36,279 bases of DNA from an uncultured Gammaproteobacteria bacterium (GCA_964364745.1 CAYINJ010000002.1:1-36279); one strand, 5' to 3'. Shown: positions 18,262-26,806, counted from the first letter of the stretch. Made by a program: numbers and translations. The notes: generated by a model not told the origin, from the letters alone.

Positions 18262-18296
18262 ATCTTTCATTACTTTTGTTGTCATGATTTCGTTGT

Positions 18297-19109
18297 ATGC
18301 CCCAATCGTTTTCTGACCCGACGACTGGCGGCAGCCAGGGGGAACTGCGGCGGAGTCAGCAGGCCGCTCGGCGACAACGAGCCACTGAACCGCTGACCGC
18401 GCCGGCCTACCAACCAGGTGAGGCCAAGACCTCCGCTGATGGCTTAGGCATCACTCGGCGTCAGTTGACCGCCGCCGGGCAGGAGCGACTCCAGGCCAGC
18501 CAAGGATTATCCGGCGGTCTGGACGCCCGCCGACAATTGATTGATGAGCAACGAGCTGACCGCCAAACCGAGGCAAGTGCCGGTAAACTATTTCAAGAAC
18601 ATCGACAAGCCCGCCGAGCGGCCCGCGGATCAGAAAAATCAAGGGGTCCGTTGGGGCAAGCGATTGGTGAGACCGCCCGCAAAACCGCGTCAGCTGAATT
18701 ACTAAAACAGGCCTGGTTAAACTTAATCGACAGTATTGGTTTGACTTTTCTATACATCTTCTTCCATTTTTGCGCTCGTTACATCGCCGGTAGTCAATCC
18801 TTTTGCGCCTTTGGTGAAGAGTGGTTTATCGCTCCCAGTTCGGGAATGAAAAGTGCCGCCAAAGCTGGGACTACTGGCTCGGCCAAAGCGGCCGCTAAAA
18901 ACCGGGCTAAAGATAGCGTCTCGTCAAGCCAGGGCGGTGGCGATGATAGCGCCACCTTACTGGAACTCGCTAGCAAACCGGTGGAAGTGGCGGAATTGGT
19001 GGTCTTCGGACTGTTGGCCATCTTACTAATGATCGCCCTGGCCGCGCCATTGGTCGGCCTCTTATCAATCGGGTGGTTCTGGCTGGAAGTGGCCAGCGTC
19101 ATATCCTAA
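18297..19109 (+). CDS. Hypothetical membrane protein (disordered Arg/Gln/Ala-rich N-terminus, C-terminal TM helices)
   Basis: 270-aa ORF with ATG at 18297. TM-like segments GLTFLYIFFHFCARYIAG and VVFGLLAILLMIALAAPLVGLLSIGWFWL. First gene of the pilin-module cluster. Confidence 0.65.
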   Translation: MPQSFSDPTTGGSQGELRRSQQAARRQRATEPLTAPAYQPGEAKTSADGLGITRRQLTAAGQERLQASQGLSGGLDARRQLIDEQRADRQTEASAGKLFQEHRQARRAARGSEKSRGPLGQAIGETARKTASAELLKQAWLNLIDSIGLTFLYIFFHFCARYIAGSQSFCAFGEEWFIAPSSGMKSAAKAGTTGSAKAAAKNRAKDSVSSSQGGGDDSATLLELASKPVEVAELVVFGLLAILLMIALAAPLVGLLSIGWFWLEVASVIS

Positions 19110-19137
19110 CAAAAACTTTTCATCTCACCTTTTACAT

Positions 19138-20370
19138 ATGAGCGATCGTTTGAAAAAAATTCTCTTCATTGTTGGTTTCATCGTCATCACGGTGCTGTTG
19201 GGTTACGCGCTGTATGTCCTATTTTTACGGCAAGCGCCAGCGCCAACCGCACCGCCAACCAATGAACTACCGACCGGCGGTCTGCCGACAGCCGGGCTCC
19301 AGGGTGAGCCAACCTACATCAATGTCAACGGCCAGCTCGTCCCAGCCGCCAACGTCAATGGCACTCCCCCATCGACCATTGATTCCTTTGCTCGCGGTGG
19401 CGTCACGGCGGTGACTGAAGTTAGCAACACTAAGATTCGCGCTATGCAGTTTGGTCCGGACGGCAAGTCGTTAGTCGGCTACGATCCCACCAACGGTAAA
19501 TTTTTACGTTACAACCCTGACGGCACGACTACCGCCATGACCGATGCCGCCTTCCCCAACGCCCGCGATATCGTCTGGGCGCCGGACAGCAATAAAGTGA
19601 TCGTCACTTTTCCGGACAACACCAACGTCTATTATAACTTTAAGACCAAAAAACAGATCACTTTCCCCAGCCACTGGAAAGAATTCGAGTTTTCCTCCGA
19701 CAGTAATAAGTTGGCGTTCAAGAACATGCAACTTGATCGGGAAAACCGCTGGGTGACGGTGACTAATGACGACGGTTCGGCCGGTCGGACCATTGCTCCC
19801 ATTGGCGACAACTCGGATAACATCTCCATCATGTGGTCGCCAGACAGCCGGGTGGTCGGCAATTACCGCGAAAGCATCGACTTCGATCGACAGTACCTGA
19901 TCTTCATCGGTCAAAACCAAGAAAATCTTCCCAGTACCATTATTGAAGGTCGGGGATTTGACGGGAAATACACGCCGGACGGCAGCAACTTGCTCTACAG
20001 CGTCTACTCCTCGTTCACTGACCTCAAACCGAATTTGTGGTTTGTCACCGCCAGCGGTGATCAGACCGGTTTGTTGCGGGTGAACTTAGAGCTCAATACT
20101 TGGGTCGACAAGTGCGCCTTTGCCACTTCATCCACGGTGTACTGCGCGGTGCCTCAATCGCTACCGAAGGGCGCCGGACTGGTCCGCGACATTGCCGACA
20201 CCACCCCAGATAACTTTTATAAAGTGGATCTCCGGACCAGCACCAAGACCCTAGTGGCCGTGCCCGATGGATCATTCACCGCTGAAGATGTCACCGTTAG
20301 CGCGGATGGCAAAACCCTGTATTTTACTGATAAGTCCACCGGGACGGCCCATCAGTTGCGATTAAAATAA
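19138..20370 (+). CDS. Membrane-anchored TolB-like beta-propeller (PD40 repeat) protein
   Basis: N-terminal TM helix ILFIVGFIVITVLLGYALYVLF, followed by repeated PD40-like units: FGPDGKSLVGY, YNPDGTT, WAPDSNKVIVTF, WSPDSRVVG, YTPDGSNLLYS, VSADGKTLYFT. Confidence 0.8.
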   Translation: MSDRLKKILFIVGFIVITVLLGYALYVLFLRQAPAPTAPPTNELPTGGLPTAGLQGEPTYINVNGQLVPAANVNGTPPSTIDSFARGGVTAVTEVSNTKIRAMQFGPDGKSLVGYDPTNGKFLRYNPDGTTTAMTDAAFPNARDIVWAPDSNKVIVTFPDNTNVYYNFKTKKQITFPSHWKEFEFSSDSNKLAFKNMQLDRENRWVTVTNDDGSAGRTIAPIGDNSDNISIMWSPDSRVVGNYRESIDFDRQYLIFIGQNQENLPSTIIEGRGFDGKYTPDGSNLLYSVYSSFTDLKPNLWFVTASGDQTGLLRVNLELNTWVDKCAFATSSTVYCAVPQSLPKGAGLVRDIADTTPDNFYKVDLRTSTKTLVAVPDGSFTAEDVTVSADGKTLYFTDKSTGTAHQLRLK

Positions 20371-20376
20371 TTGCCT

Positions 20377-21495
20377 ATGCGGAGGGTATTATTAGTGACA
20401 ATTCTCGCCCTCTTGAGTTGGCAGTTTTTGCTGTTAGCGCCGGTCGCTTTAGCGGAAGCCCCCCAATCACTGCTTTTTGAAAAACCCACCCTCCAGGTTC
20501 AGTTTCCTTCCCTCCAATTTACTGATTCTGAAAACATCATTGCTAAGGGCCAAGGCAAGATTAAGTATTTTGCGATCCCCTGGATTGCCGAGTATATCAC
20601 CGCCGCTTACCGCTTTGGCGTGGCCATCGCCGGGGTGTTGGCCGTGATTATGATTATCGCTGGCGGATTTGTCTGGATGACCGCCGGCGGCAATTCTAGC
20701 CAAGTCGACACGGCCAAAACCTACATCATTGGCGCCCTGGCTGGTTTAGTGTTGGCGCTGGGCAGCTATACCCTCTTGTGGCTGATTAATCCCAACCTCA
20801 CGCAACTGCCTTTCCTGCGGGTGCCGGTAATTCAGCGGGTTGGTTTGGGGGACTTTTGTCCGCTAGTGGTGTCAAGTCAACAAAAAATATTTACTCTTAA
20901 AGAAGATGGTACGGCCGACAAAGAGGTTCCGATCGGCACAACTATACCATGTGGAAAGCGGCTATTTTTGTCCGACGGAGCTGACAACCAATGTATGGGG
21001 TTAGGAGATTGCTCGGGCAGTCAATTGTGCTTGCCAGACTTCAGTAAGGATATTGTGGCGACCGGTCAAGGTAGTCTAAAATTCGAATTTGATTGTTTCT
21101 CTTCTGCTCAAGACCAGTGTAAAAAGTTAAATGACAATCAGGCCGATAAGGTAGGTTTACCGCACCAGCAATCAACCTGTAACCTAATCAACAGCACGCT
21201 CGCCTATCAATCACCGAACACTGAAAATCAAGGTCGGTGCGTGTGGGTGGATAAGAGTATCATTACAGAAATTATTACTGGCGGCTGGTCTGACGACGGC
21301 TGTTACTGGTGTCCGGATGATCGTTACCAAGATATGCTAACAACATTTAAAGAATACAAAATCAACCCGATTGATGATTGTGCCAACGGACTGGGTAAAA
21401 TTTACGGCCAACTTACGGGGATTGAGGCGCTCGGAGAGCTGTTAAGCAGCGAAGATAAAGAGGCCTGCCTAGCACGGTGGTGCGGTGGCCAGTAA
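20377..21495 (+). CDS. Secreted pilin-module protein 1: signal peptide + VirB2/TrbC-like two-helix module + C-terminal 14-Cys domain
   Basis: ATG at 20377 (MRRVLLVTILALL...ALAEA signal). Conserved block IPWIAEYITAAYRFGVAIAGVLAVIMIIAGGFVWMTAGGNSSQVDTAKTYIIGALAGLVLALGSYTLLWLINP. The C-terminal domain of about 210 aa has 14 Cys and no recognised family. Confidence 0.8.
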   Translation: MRRVLLVTILALLSWQFLLLAPVALAEAPQSLLFEKPTLQVQFPSLQFTDSENIIAKGQGKIKYFAIPWIAEYITAAYRFGVAIAGVLAVIMIIAGGFVWMTAGGNSSQVDTAKTYIIGALAGLVLALGSYTLLWLINPNLTQLPFLRVPVIQRVGLGDFCPLVVSSQQKIFTLKEDGTADKEVPIGTTIPCGKRLFLSDGADNQCMGLGDCSGSQLCLPDFSKDIVATGQGSLKFEFDCFSSAQDQCKKLNDNQADKVGLPHQQSTCNLINSTLAYQSPNTENQGRCVWVDKSIITEIITGGWSDDGCYWCPDDRYQDMLTTFKEYKINPIDDCANGLGKIYGQLTGIEALGELLSSEDKEACLARWCGGQ

Positions 21496-21499
21496 TTAT

Positions 21500-22651
21500 A
21501 TGACCCGTTCTTTCTTTTTTGCTTTAATCGCTAGCGCCATTATCTTAATCCCCCAGGTCAGCTTGGCCCTCCTGACTGGCCCTTCGGTTGGTTCGACCTG
21601 CTGTATCTGTGTGAAAGATGGCGTATATGTGGCGGAAGGGGCGGCGTTTCAGTCCCCCGATGGCTTTGGAGCCAAGTGTGCTTCAGAAAGTTGTCAGGTT
21701 GAATATTCGGCTTGTACCGATCAGGCCGTAAAAGACAAGATTAATGGATTGAACACCACGGTCAACTCGGTTACGCCCCTGGTCACGCCCACCACCCAAG
21801 TCGTCATTCCCGGACTGACCTTCACCAAAACACTTGACCTCAAAGACGGGGCCAATGGCTTGAGGTTTTATGAAATACCGTGGATTGCTGAATATATCAG
21901 CGCCGTCTATCGCTGGGGTGTCGGTATCGCCGGCGTGTTGGCGGTGGTGATGATTATCATCGGTGGCTTCACTTGGCTGACCGCCGGGGGTAACTCGAGC
22001 CAAGTTGAAACGGGCAAGAAATATATCATCGGCGCCTTGGCTGGTTTGGTCTTTGTCATGAGTAGTTATACTATTTTGTGGTTGATTAACCCCGAGTTGG
22101 TCAAACTGAAGTCGATTGCTATTCCGTATGTTGAACGATTATCACTGGAGATTCCCGAGTCAGAGCCCGAAAACATTGCCGCCGAAAAAACTGGTAATTT
22201 GACTGCCGTGGGCGAGCGGAAAACAACCGAATTCATCGTCATTCATACTGCCGCTGGACTGCAGAGTCGCAACGAAGTCGACGCTTTCCATCGTACTAAG
22301 GGTTGGGCTGGTATTGGCTATAATTTCTACATTGAACGCAACGGCCAGTGGGTTGAAGGCCGAGGTGAAAGCAAAGTTGGCGCTCACGCGGTGGGCTACA
22401 ATGCTAAAAGCATTGGCATTTCTTATGCCGGCTGCGTTAATTTTCAAGTCGCCAATCAACCTTTGGCGACCGCTCTAGCCAAAGAAACTATCACTCAAAC
22501 CCAACTCGATACTTTAATCGAACACATTAAACAACTACAGCAAAAATATAATATCCCGCGCAATAAAGTACTGGACCACCGTGAAACTGGTGCGCCTAAG
22601 GCCTGCTCTTGCCTGAATATGGACGAGATTAGAGCCAAAATTAATCCGTGA
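21500..22651 (+). CDS. Secreted pilin-module protein 2: signal peptide + 6-Cys module + two-helix pilin-like module + N-acetylmuramoyl-L-alanine amidase (Amidase_2/PGRP type)
   Basis: ATG at 21500. Conserved block IPWIAEYISAVYRWGVGIAGVLAVVMIIIGGFTWLTAGGNSSQVETGKKYIIGALAGLV...SYTILWLINP. C-terminal amidase motifs: EFIVIHTAAG, GWAGIGYNFYIERNG, GAHAVGYNAKSIGISYAG, LDHRE. Confidence 0.85.
   Translation: MTRSFFFALIASAIILIPQVSLALLTGPSVGSTCCICVKDGVYVAEGAAFQSPDGFGAKCASESCQVEYSACTDQAVKDKINGLNTTVNSVTPLVTPTTQVVIPGLTFTKTLDLKDGANGLRFYEIPWIAEYISAVYRWGVGIAGVLAVVMIIIGGFTWLTAGGNSSQVETGKKYIIGALAGLVFVMSSYTILWLINPELVKLKSIAIPYVERLSLEIPESEPENIAAEKTGNLTAVGERKTTEFIVIHTAAGLQSRNEVDAFHRTKGWAGIGYNFYIERNGQWVEGRGESKVGAHAVGYNAKSIGISYAGCVNFQVANQPLATALAKETITQTQLDTLIEHIKQLQQKYNIPRNKVLDHRETGAPKACSCLNMDEIRAKINP
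21573..21753 (+). repeat. 181-bp direct repeat, copy 1 (encodes the 6-Cys N-terminal module of paralog 2)
   Basis: Identical to 22742-22922 except for one base (gtaaaagacaag versus gtaaaggacaag). The protein segment LTGPSVGSTCCICVKDGVYVAEGAAFQSPDGFGAKCASESCQVEYSACTDQAVKDKINGLN is identical in both. Confidence 0.9.
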
Positions 22652-22653
22652 TT

Positions 22654-23931
22654 ATGCGACTCTTTTATTTTCTTCTCCGATTAACTGTCAGCGTTGCCAT
22701 GGTGGTTTTGGTTTTGCTTCCACAAGCTGGGGTAGCCTTATTGACTGGCCCTTCGGTTGGTTCGACCTGCTGTATCTGTGTGAAAGATGGCGTATATGTG
22801 GCGGAAGGGGCGGCGTTTCAGTCCCCCGATGGCTTTGGAGCCAAGTGTGCTTCAGAAAGTTGTCAGGTTGAATATTCGGCTTGTACCGATCAGGCCGTAA
22901 AGGACAAGATTAATGGATTGAATACTAAGATTGAACTTCTCCCCCTGACCCCGCCCGATCTCCAAGTCGACATCCCTGGTTTTCCTAAATTCAGTACCGA
23001 GCTGGAGTTAGACGAGCAAAAGACCTTTTACAATATTCCTTGGATCGCCGAGTATATCAACGCCGTCTACCGTTGGGGGGTGAGCATTGCCGCTGTTTTG
23101 GCGGTGATCATGATTATCGCCGGCGGCCTGACCTGGCTGACGGCCGGCGGCAACAGCAAACAGGTGGAGACCGCCAAGACCTACATCATCGGCGCTTTGA
23201 CCGGTCTGGTGTTGGCCTTGGGCAGCTACACTATTTTGTGGCTGATCAATCCGCAACTAACACTCCTCAAGCCGTTGCGGATTCCCTACGTGCAAAATGT
23301 GGCGCTTGAAGTCGGGCCGCGTATTTCTTCATACTTGATTGCTAATCCCGGCCAAGAAGGCAAAAAAGAACAGTTTAACAACGCTGCTTGTCCAACCAAA
23401 GAAGAGGCCCAGGCCGGTTTTGATGGGTTTATTACTTCTTACTACGCGCCAGCTTATGGTGAAAAAGGCAACTACAGTAGTTTTGAGTGCAACGTAGCGA
23501 TGCAGTGTTCTTGTCCTGGTCCGGGTGGCAATAAATATCATAAAGACGAGTCAAAAACCTGTCGCTTCCCGGCTAAAGTCCTCGGTAAGGGTTTCAGTGA
23601 TAACCCCTGCATGCCCATTCCGGCCGGCAGTATTCCTGGCCAGAGTTATTGTAATAAAAGTGCTTCGGGCACCGCACCAGTTGCTTTCAAAACCGCGGCC
23701 GCTGATATTGCGGGAGACAAGATCGGGGTCAATTGCTGGAGCGTTGGTGACCAGTTTACGATTGAAGGCATTGGTGGCCAAGCGGCTGGTCCCTGGACGG
23801 TCCAAGATAGCGGGTCGGATATTAAGAGTCGCCATTTCGATCTCTTTGTCGGTACTAATTTCCAAGCCACAAAATCAATGGGTGGCGTCTACAAGATTAA
23901 GTTCACCAAGTGTCAAAAATGTGGCTTCTAA
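22654..23931 (+). CDS. Secreted pilin-module protein 3: signal peptide + 6-Cys module + two-helix pilin-like module + C-terminal 3D (MltA-like) domain
   Basis: ATG at 22654. Conserved block IPWIAEYINAVYRWGVSIAAVLAVIMIIAGGLTWLTAGGNSKQVETAKTYIIGALTGLV...SYTILWLINP. C-terminal GFITSYYAP...AADIAGDKIGV...WTVQDSGSDIKSRHFDLFVG matches the 3D-domain pattern DtGgaIkg.riDlf. Confidence 0.85.
   Translation: MRLFYFLLRLTVSVAMVVLVLLPQAGVALLTGPSVGSTCCICVKDGVYVAEGAAFQSPDGFGAKCASESCQVEYSACTDQAVKDKINGLNTKIELLPLTPPDLQVDIPGFPKFSTELELDEQKTFYNIPWIAEYINAVYRWGVSIAAVLAVIMIIAGGLTWLTAGGNSKQVETAKTYIIGALTGLVLALGSYTILWLINPQLTLLKPLRIPYVQNVALEVGPRISSYLIANPGQEGKKEQFNNAACPTKEEAQAGFDGFITSYYAPAYGEKGNYSSFECNVAMQCSCPGPGGNKYHKDESKTCRFPAKVLGKGFSDNPCMPIPAGSIPGQSYCNKSASGTAPVAFKTAAADIAGDKIGVNCWSVGDQFTIEGIGGQAAGPWTVQDSGSDIKSRHFDLFVGTNFQATKSMGGVYKIKFTKCQKCGF
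22742..22922 (+). repeat. 181-bp direct repeat, copy 2 (encodes the 6-Cys N-terminal module of paralog 3)
   Basis: See copy 1. The offset between copies is 1169 bp. Confidence 0.9.
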
Positions 23932-24508
23932 ACTGACCACTTTGCCCCCTTCGTGGTTTGATCGACCGACCCGCCGTGTCGCCCAGGATCTCCTGGGCGG
24001 TGTTTTAGTGCGACGCTGGCGCGGCCGGCTTTATTGCGGTCTGATCACTGAAACTGAGGCCTACTGTGGCCCGCGAGATTTGGCTAATCACGCCAGTCGC
24101 GGCCGAACCGCGCGAACGGAAATTATGTTCGGCCAGCCCGGCCGGGCCTATATTTACTTGATCTACGGCATGTACCACTGTTTTAATATCGTGACCGAAC
24201 CAGAACATTACCCGGCGGCCGTGTTGCTCCGCGGCGTGACCGCCTATGCGCCAATTCCAGCCGGCCAGTCAATTAACCTCACTACCTTAACCCCTTTACC
24301 GATCACCGCTGCCAACGGTCCCGGCAAACTCTGCCGCCAGTTTCACCTGGACCGCTCACTGAACGGCCAGCCGCTGACGACGGCCAGCGGCCTCTGGGTT
24401 CTGCCCCGCCAGCAGCCACCGCGCCGGATCAAAAAACTCCCCCGCGTGGGCATTGACTACGCGGGAGCATATCGAGACAAACCCTGGCGCTACGTCGCCG
24501 AGTGGTAA
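23921..24508 (+). CDS. mpg: 3-methyladenine DNA glycosylase (MPG/AAG family)
   Basis: ITETEAYCGPRDLANHASRGRTARTEIMFGQPGRAYIYLIYGMYHCFNIV is the family signature. The probable GTG start at 23921 overlaps the preceding gene by 11 nt; TTG at 23942 is an alternative. The upstream part of the 327-aa ORF-track entry is out-of-frame overlap with paralog 3. Confidence 0.85.
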   Translation: MASKLTTLPPSWFDRPTRRVAQDLLGGVLVRRWRGRLYCGLITETEAYCGPRDLANHASRGRTARTEIMFGQPGRAYIYLIYGMYHCFNIVTEPEHYPAAVLLRGVTAYAPIPAGQSINLTTLTPLPITAANGPGKLCRQFHLDRSLNGQPLTTASGLWVLPRQQPPRRIKKLPRVGIDYAGAYRDKPWRYVAEW

Positions 24509-24509
24509 G

Positions 24510-26588
24510 TTATTCCCAGTGCACCCGATCCCACTTCCCCACCCGTTGGCGCAACAGCGGGTGGTGATTTAATTGCGGATCAGCGGCCAAAACCGCCAGC
24601 GCCGCCATTTTAGCTCGTTTGATGTTTTTGACATCAAACAGCGTGGCAAATTTAAGCTCGGGGAAACCGCTCTGGTTGCTGCCCAAAACATCGCCCGGCC
24701 CCCGGAGCTTAAGGTCTTGTTCGGCTAAACTAAATCCGTCTTGACTCTTGACCACGGCCGCCAGGCGCTGACCACTCTCCGCCCCGGCCGCGTCAGTCAA
24801 CAGCCAACAATATGACTGGTGTGCTCCCCGCCCCACTCGGCCGCGAAATTGGTGCAGTTGGGCCAGACCAAAACGTTCGGCTCCTTCGATTAACATCATC
24901 GTGGCGTTGGGTACGTCAACCCCCACTTCGATGACTGACGTGGCTACCAGCACGTCAATTTCGCCGGCCACAAACGCGGCCATGACGCGATCTTTCTCGC
25001 TGCTGGTTAGTTTTCCGTGCAGCAGCCCTAACCGCCGATGAGGAAAAACCTCTCGCCCCAGCCGCTCATATTCGGTCTTGACTGCGGCCGACGCGACAGT
25101 CGGTGAGGGATCAATTAGCGGGCAAATGATAAAGGCCTGGCGGCCGGCCGCCAATTCGGCATCAACGGTTCGATATAACTCCGCTCGCTGACTCGGTAAC
25201 ACCACGGCCGTCTTAATCGGCTGCCGGCCGGCCGGTAATTCATCCAGCAGCGAAATGTCTAAGTCGCCATAGAGGGTTAGGGCTAGTGACCGTGGGATTG
25301 GCGTGGCCGTCATCGAGAGAAAGTGTGGGATCAGACCGCTGGGCGACATTTGCTGCAGGGCCTGGCGTTGTTCCACCCCAAAGCGATGTTGCTCATCGAC
25401 AATCGCTAAACCCAGCCGCTGAAACACGACCGCCTCCTGGATCACGGCGTGGGTGCCGATCAGAATTTGGATCGCGCCGCGCCGTAACTGTGACAATAAC
25501 AGCGCTTTAGTGATGGGTTCCGTCCGAGTGGTAATGTGGCGATAAGTGCGGGTATAGACCCCCACCGTCACGCCAGTGTCCACAAATAAACGGCTAAAGC
25601 TCTGGTAGTGTTGCCAAGCCAGGATCTCGGTTGGGGCCATGATCACGGTTTGCTGGCCGGCCGACGCGACTTGGCGGGCGGCGGCGGCGGCCACGATGGT
25701 TTTACCACTGCCGACATCCCCGTCCAGCAGCCGACTCATCGGATGAGCCCGGCCGAGGTCTTGGATTATTTCCCAGGCACTGCGCCGCTGGCATTGAGTT
25801 AATTGATACGGCAGTCGGCCCAAGAAGTCCTTCATCAGGTCAGCGGCAAAGGGAATGGCCGACGCCGCGGCCGCGGCTAGCTCCTGCCGCGACATTTGAT
25901 TGCGGAGCTGGATAAAGAAAAACTCGTCAAAGCGGAGACGTTCTTGAGCGCGGGCTAACGTGGCGGAAGAATCAGGAAAATGTATCTGACTGATGGCCTC
26001 GGTCAAGGAAACAAACCCGTGCTGGTGGATCAATTCAGCCGGCAGATATTCGGCTAGCTGACCGACAGCCGTCAACGCCTGCTTCATTAAAAATCTTAAT
26101 TGCTTGGGAGTAATTCCCTTGGTCACGCTATAAATTGGTACTAGCCGGCCAGTATGGGTCGGGCCGTTGATGGCAGTTCGTGGGTTGATTTTTTCATAAC
26201 TAGCGGCGGCGATCGCCGCCCCACTCGGGTCTGACTTGCCGGAAACACCGAGCGTATCCCCGACTTTGATCGTCCGGGTGACGAATGGCTGATTAAACCA
26301 CCGCACCGTGATGGTGTGCTGACCGTCAGTGATCGCCGCTTCCGTAATCAATAAGTGCCGCTTCCACGAACGGTAGCTTTTGATTCTGGCGACCTGGCCT
26401 TGAATTGTGACCACCTCCCCAGCCGTAATCTGATCCAGCGGTACGAGGTGGCTGAAATCAGCATACCGAAAAGGATAATACTCAACTAGGTCAGCCACGG
26501 TTGCAATGCCGAGCTTTTTCAGCGGCCCACTTAATTGCCGGGCGACATGGTGGAAAGTGGTGACTGGTTGTTGGATCTTAATCCTCAT
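24510..26588 (-). CDS. recG: ATP-dependent DNA helicase RecG
   Basis: Helicase motifs DVGSGKT, DEQHRFG, TATPIPR and QLHQFRGRVGRG, with an N-terminal wedge/OB region. Start set at ATG 26588 (MRIKIQQPV...) because the longer ORF runs through tRNA-Arg. Confidence 0.93.
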   Translation of the reverse strand: MRIKIQQPVTTFHHVARQLSGPLKKLGIATVADLVEYYPFRYADFSHLVPLDQITAGEVVTIQGQVARIKSYRSWKRHLLITEAAITDGQHTITVRWFNQPFVTRTIKVGDTLGVSGKSDPSGAAIAAASYEKINPRTAINGPTHTGRLVPIYSVTKGITPKQLRFLMKQALTAVGQLAEYLPAELIHQHGFVSLTEAISQIHFPDSSATLARAQERLRFDEFFFIQLRNQMSRQELAAAAASAIPFAADLMKDFLGRLPYQLTQCQRRSAWEIIQDLGRAHPMSRLLDGDVGSGKTIVAAAAARQVASAGQQTVIMAPTEILAWQHYQSFSRLFVDTGVTVGVYTRTYRHITTRTEPITKALLLSQLRRGAIQILIGTHAVIQEAVVFQRLGLAIVDEQHRFGVEQRQALQQMSPSGLIPHFLSMTATPIPRSLALTLYGDLDISLLDELPAGRQPIKTAVVLPSQRAELYRTVDAELAAGRQAFIICPLIDPSPTVASAAVKTEYERLGREVFPHRRLGLLHGKLTSSEKDRVMAAFVAGEIDVLVATSVIEVGVDVPNATMMLIEGAERFGLAQLHQFRGRVGRGAHQSYCWLLTDAAGAESGQRLAAVVKSQDGFSLAEQDLKLRGPGDVLGSNQSGFPELKFATLFDVKNIKRAKMAALAVLAADPQLNHHPLLRQRVGKWDRVHWE

Positions 26589-26661
26589 ATAACAAAAAAT
26601 CAGCGGTGACCCCAACTGGGCGGACGGCTGACTTGCTCTGGAATCTTTCAAGATAATGCCT

Positions 26662-26735
26662 CGCGCTTGGCAGGGCTCGAACCTGCGACCTTCAGCTCCG
26701 CAAGCTGACGCTCTATCCATCTGAGCTACAAGCGC
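26662..26735 (-). tRNA. tRNA-Arg (anticodon GCG)
   Basis: Folded by hand into a 74-nt cloverleaf: GCGCTTG TA GCTC AGATGGATA GAGC G TCAGC TTGCGGA GCTGA AGGTC GCAGG TTCGAGC CCTGC CAAGCGC G. CCA is not encoded. Confidence 0.9.
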
Positions 26736-26806
26736 GGACGTATTATCTCGAGGAAACGCTCGTACTCTATCACACCATCTACCGATTGTCTAGCCAGCCC
26801 GCGTGA

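Noticed and set aside
18297-19109. Calling the 270-aa membrane protein a VirB6-like channel subunit.
   Set aside because: It has only about 2-3 hydrophobic segments and a long disordered N-terminus. VirB6-type proteins are larger and polytopic. It is left as hypothetical.
23525-23920. Upstream two-fifths of the 327-aa plus-strand ORF 23525-24508.
   Set aside because: It lies out of frame inside the 3D-domain gene and has an Arg/Ser-rich junk-like translation. Only the part from about 23921 matches the MPG glycosylase family.
24506-24512. Convergent mpg and recG stop codons separated by a single nucleotide with no terminator.
   Set aside because: This is real but unremarkable in compact genomes. 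I found no further structure to interpret.
26589-26720. N-terminal 44-aa extension of the recG ORF (MDRASACGAEGRRFEPCQARG...).
   Set aside because: It is simply tRNA-Arg (26662-26735) read in frame. The conserved RecG sequence begins at the ATG at 26588.
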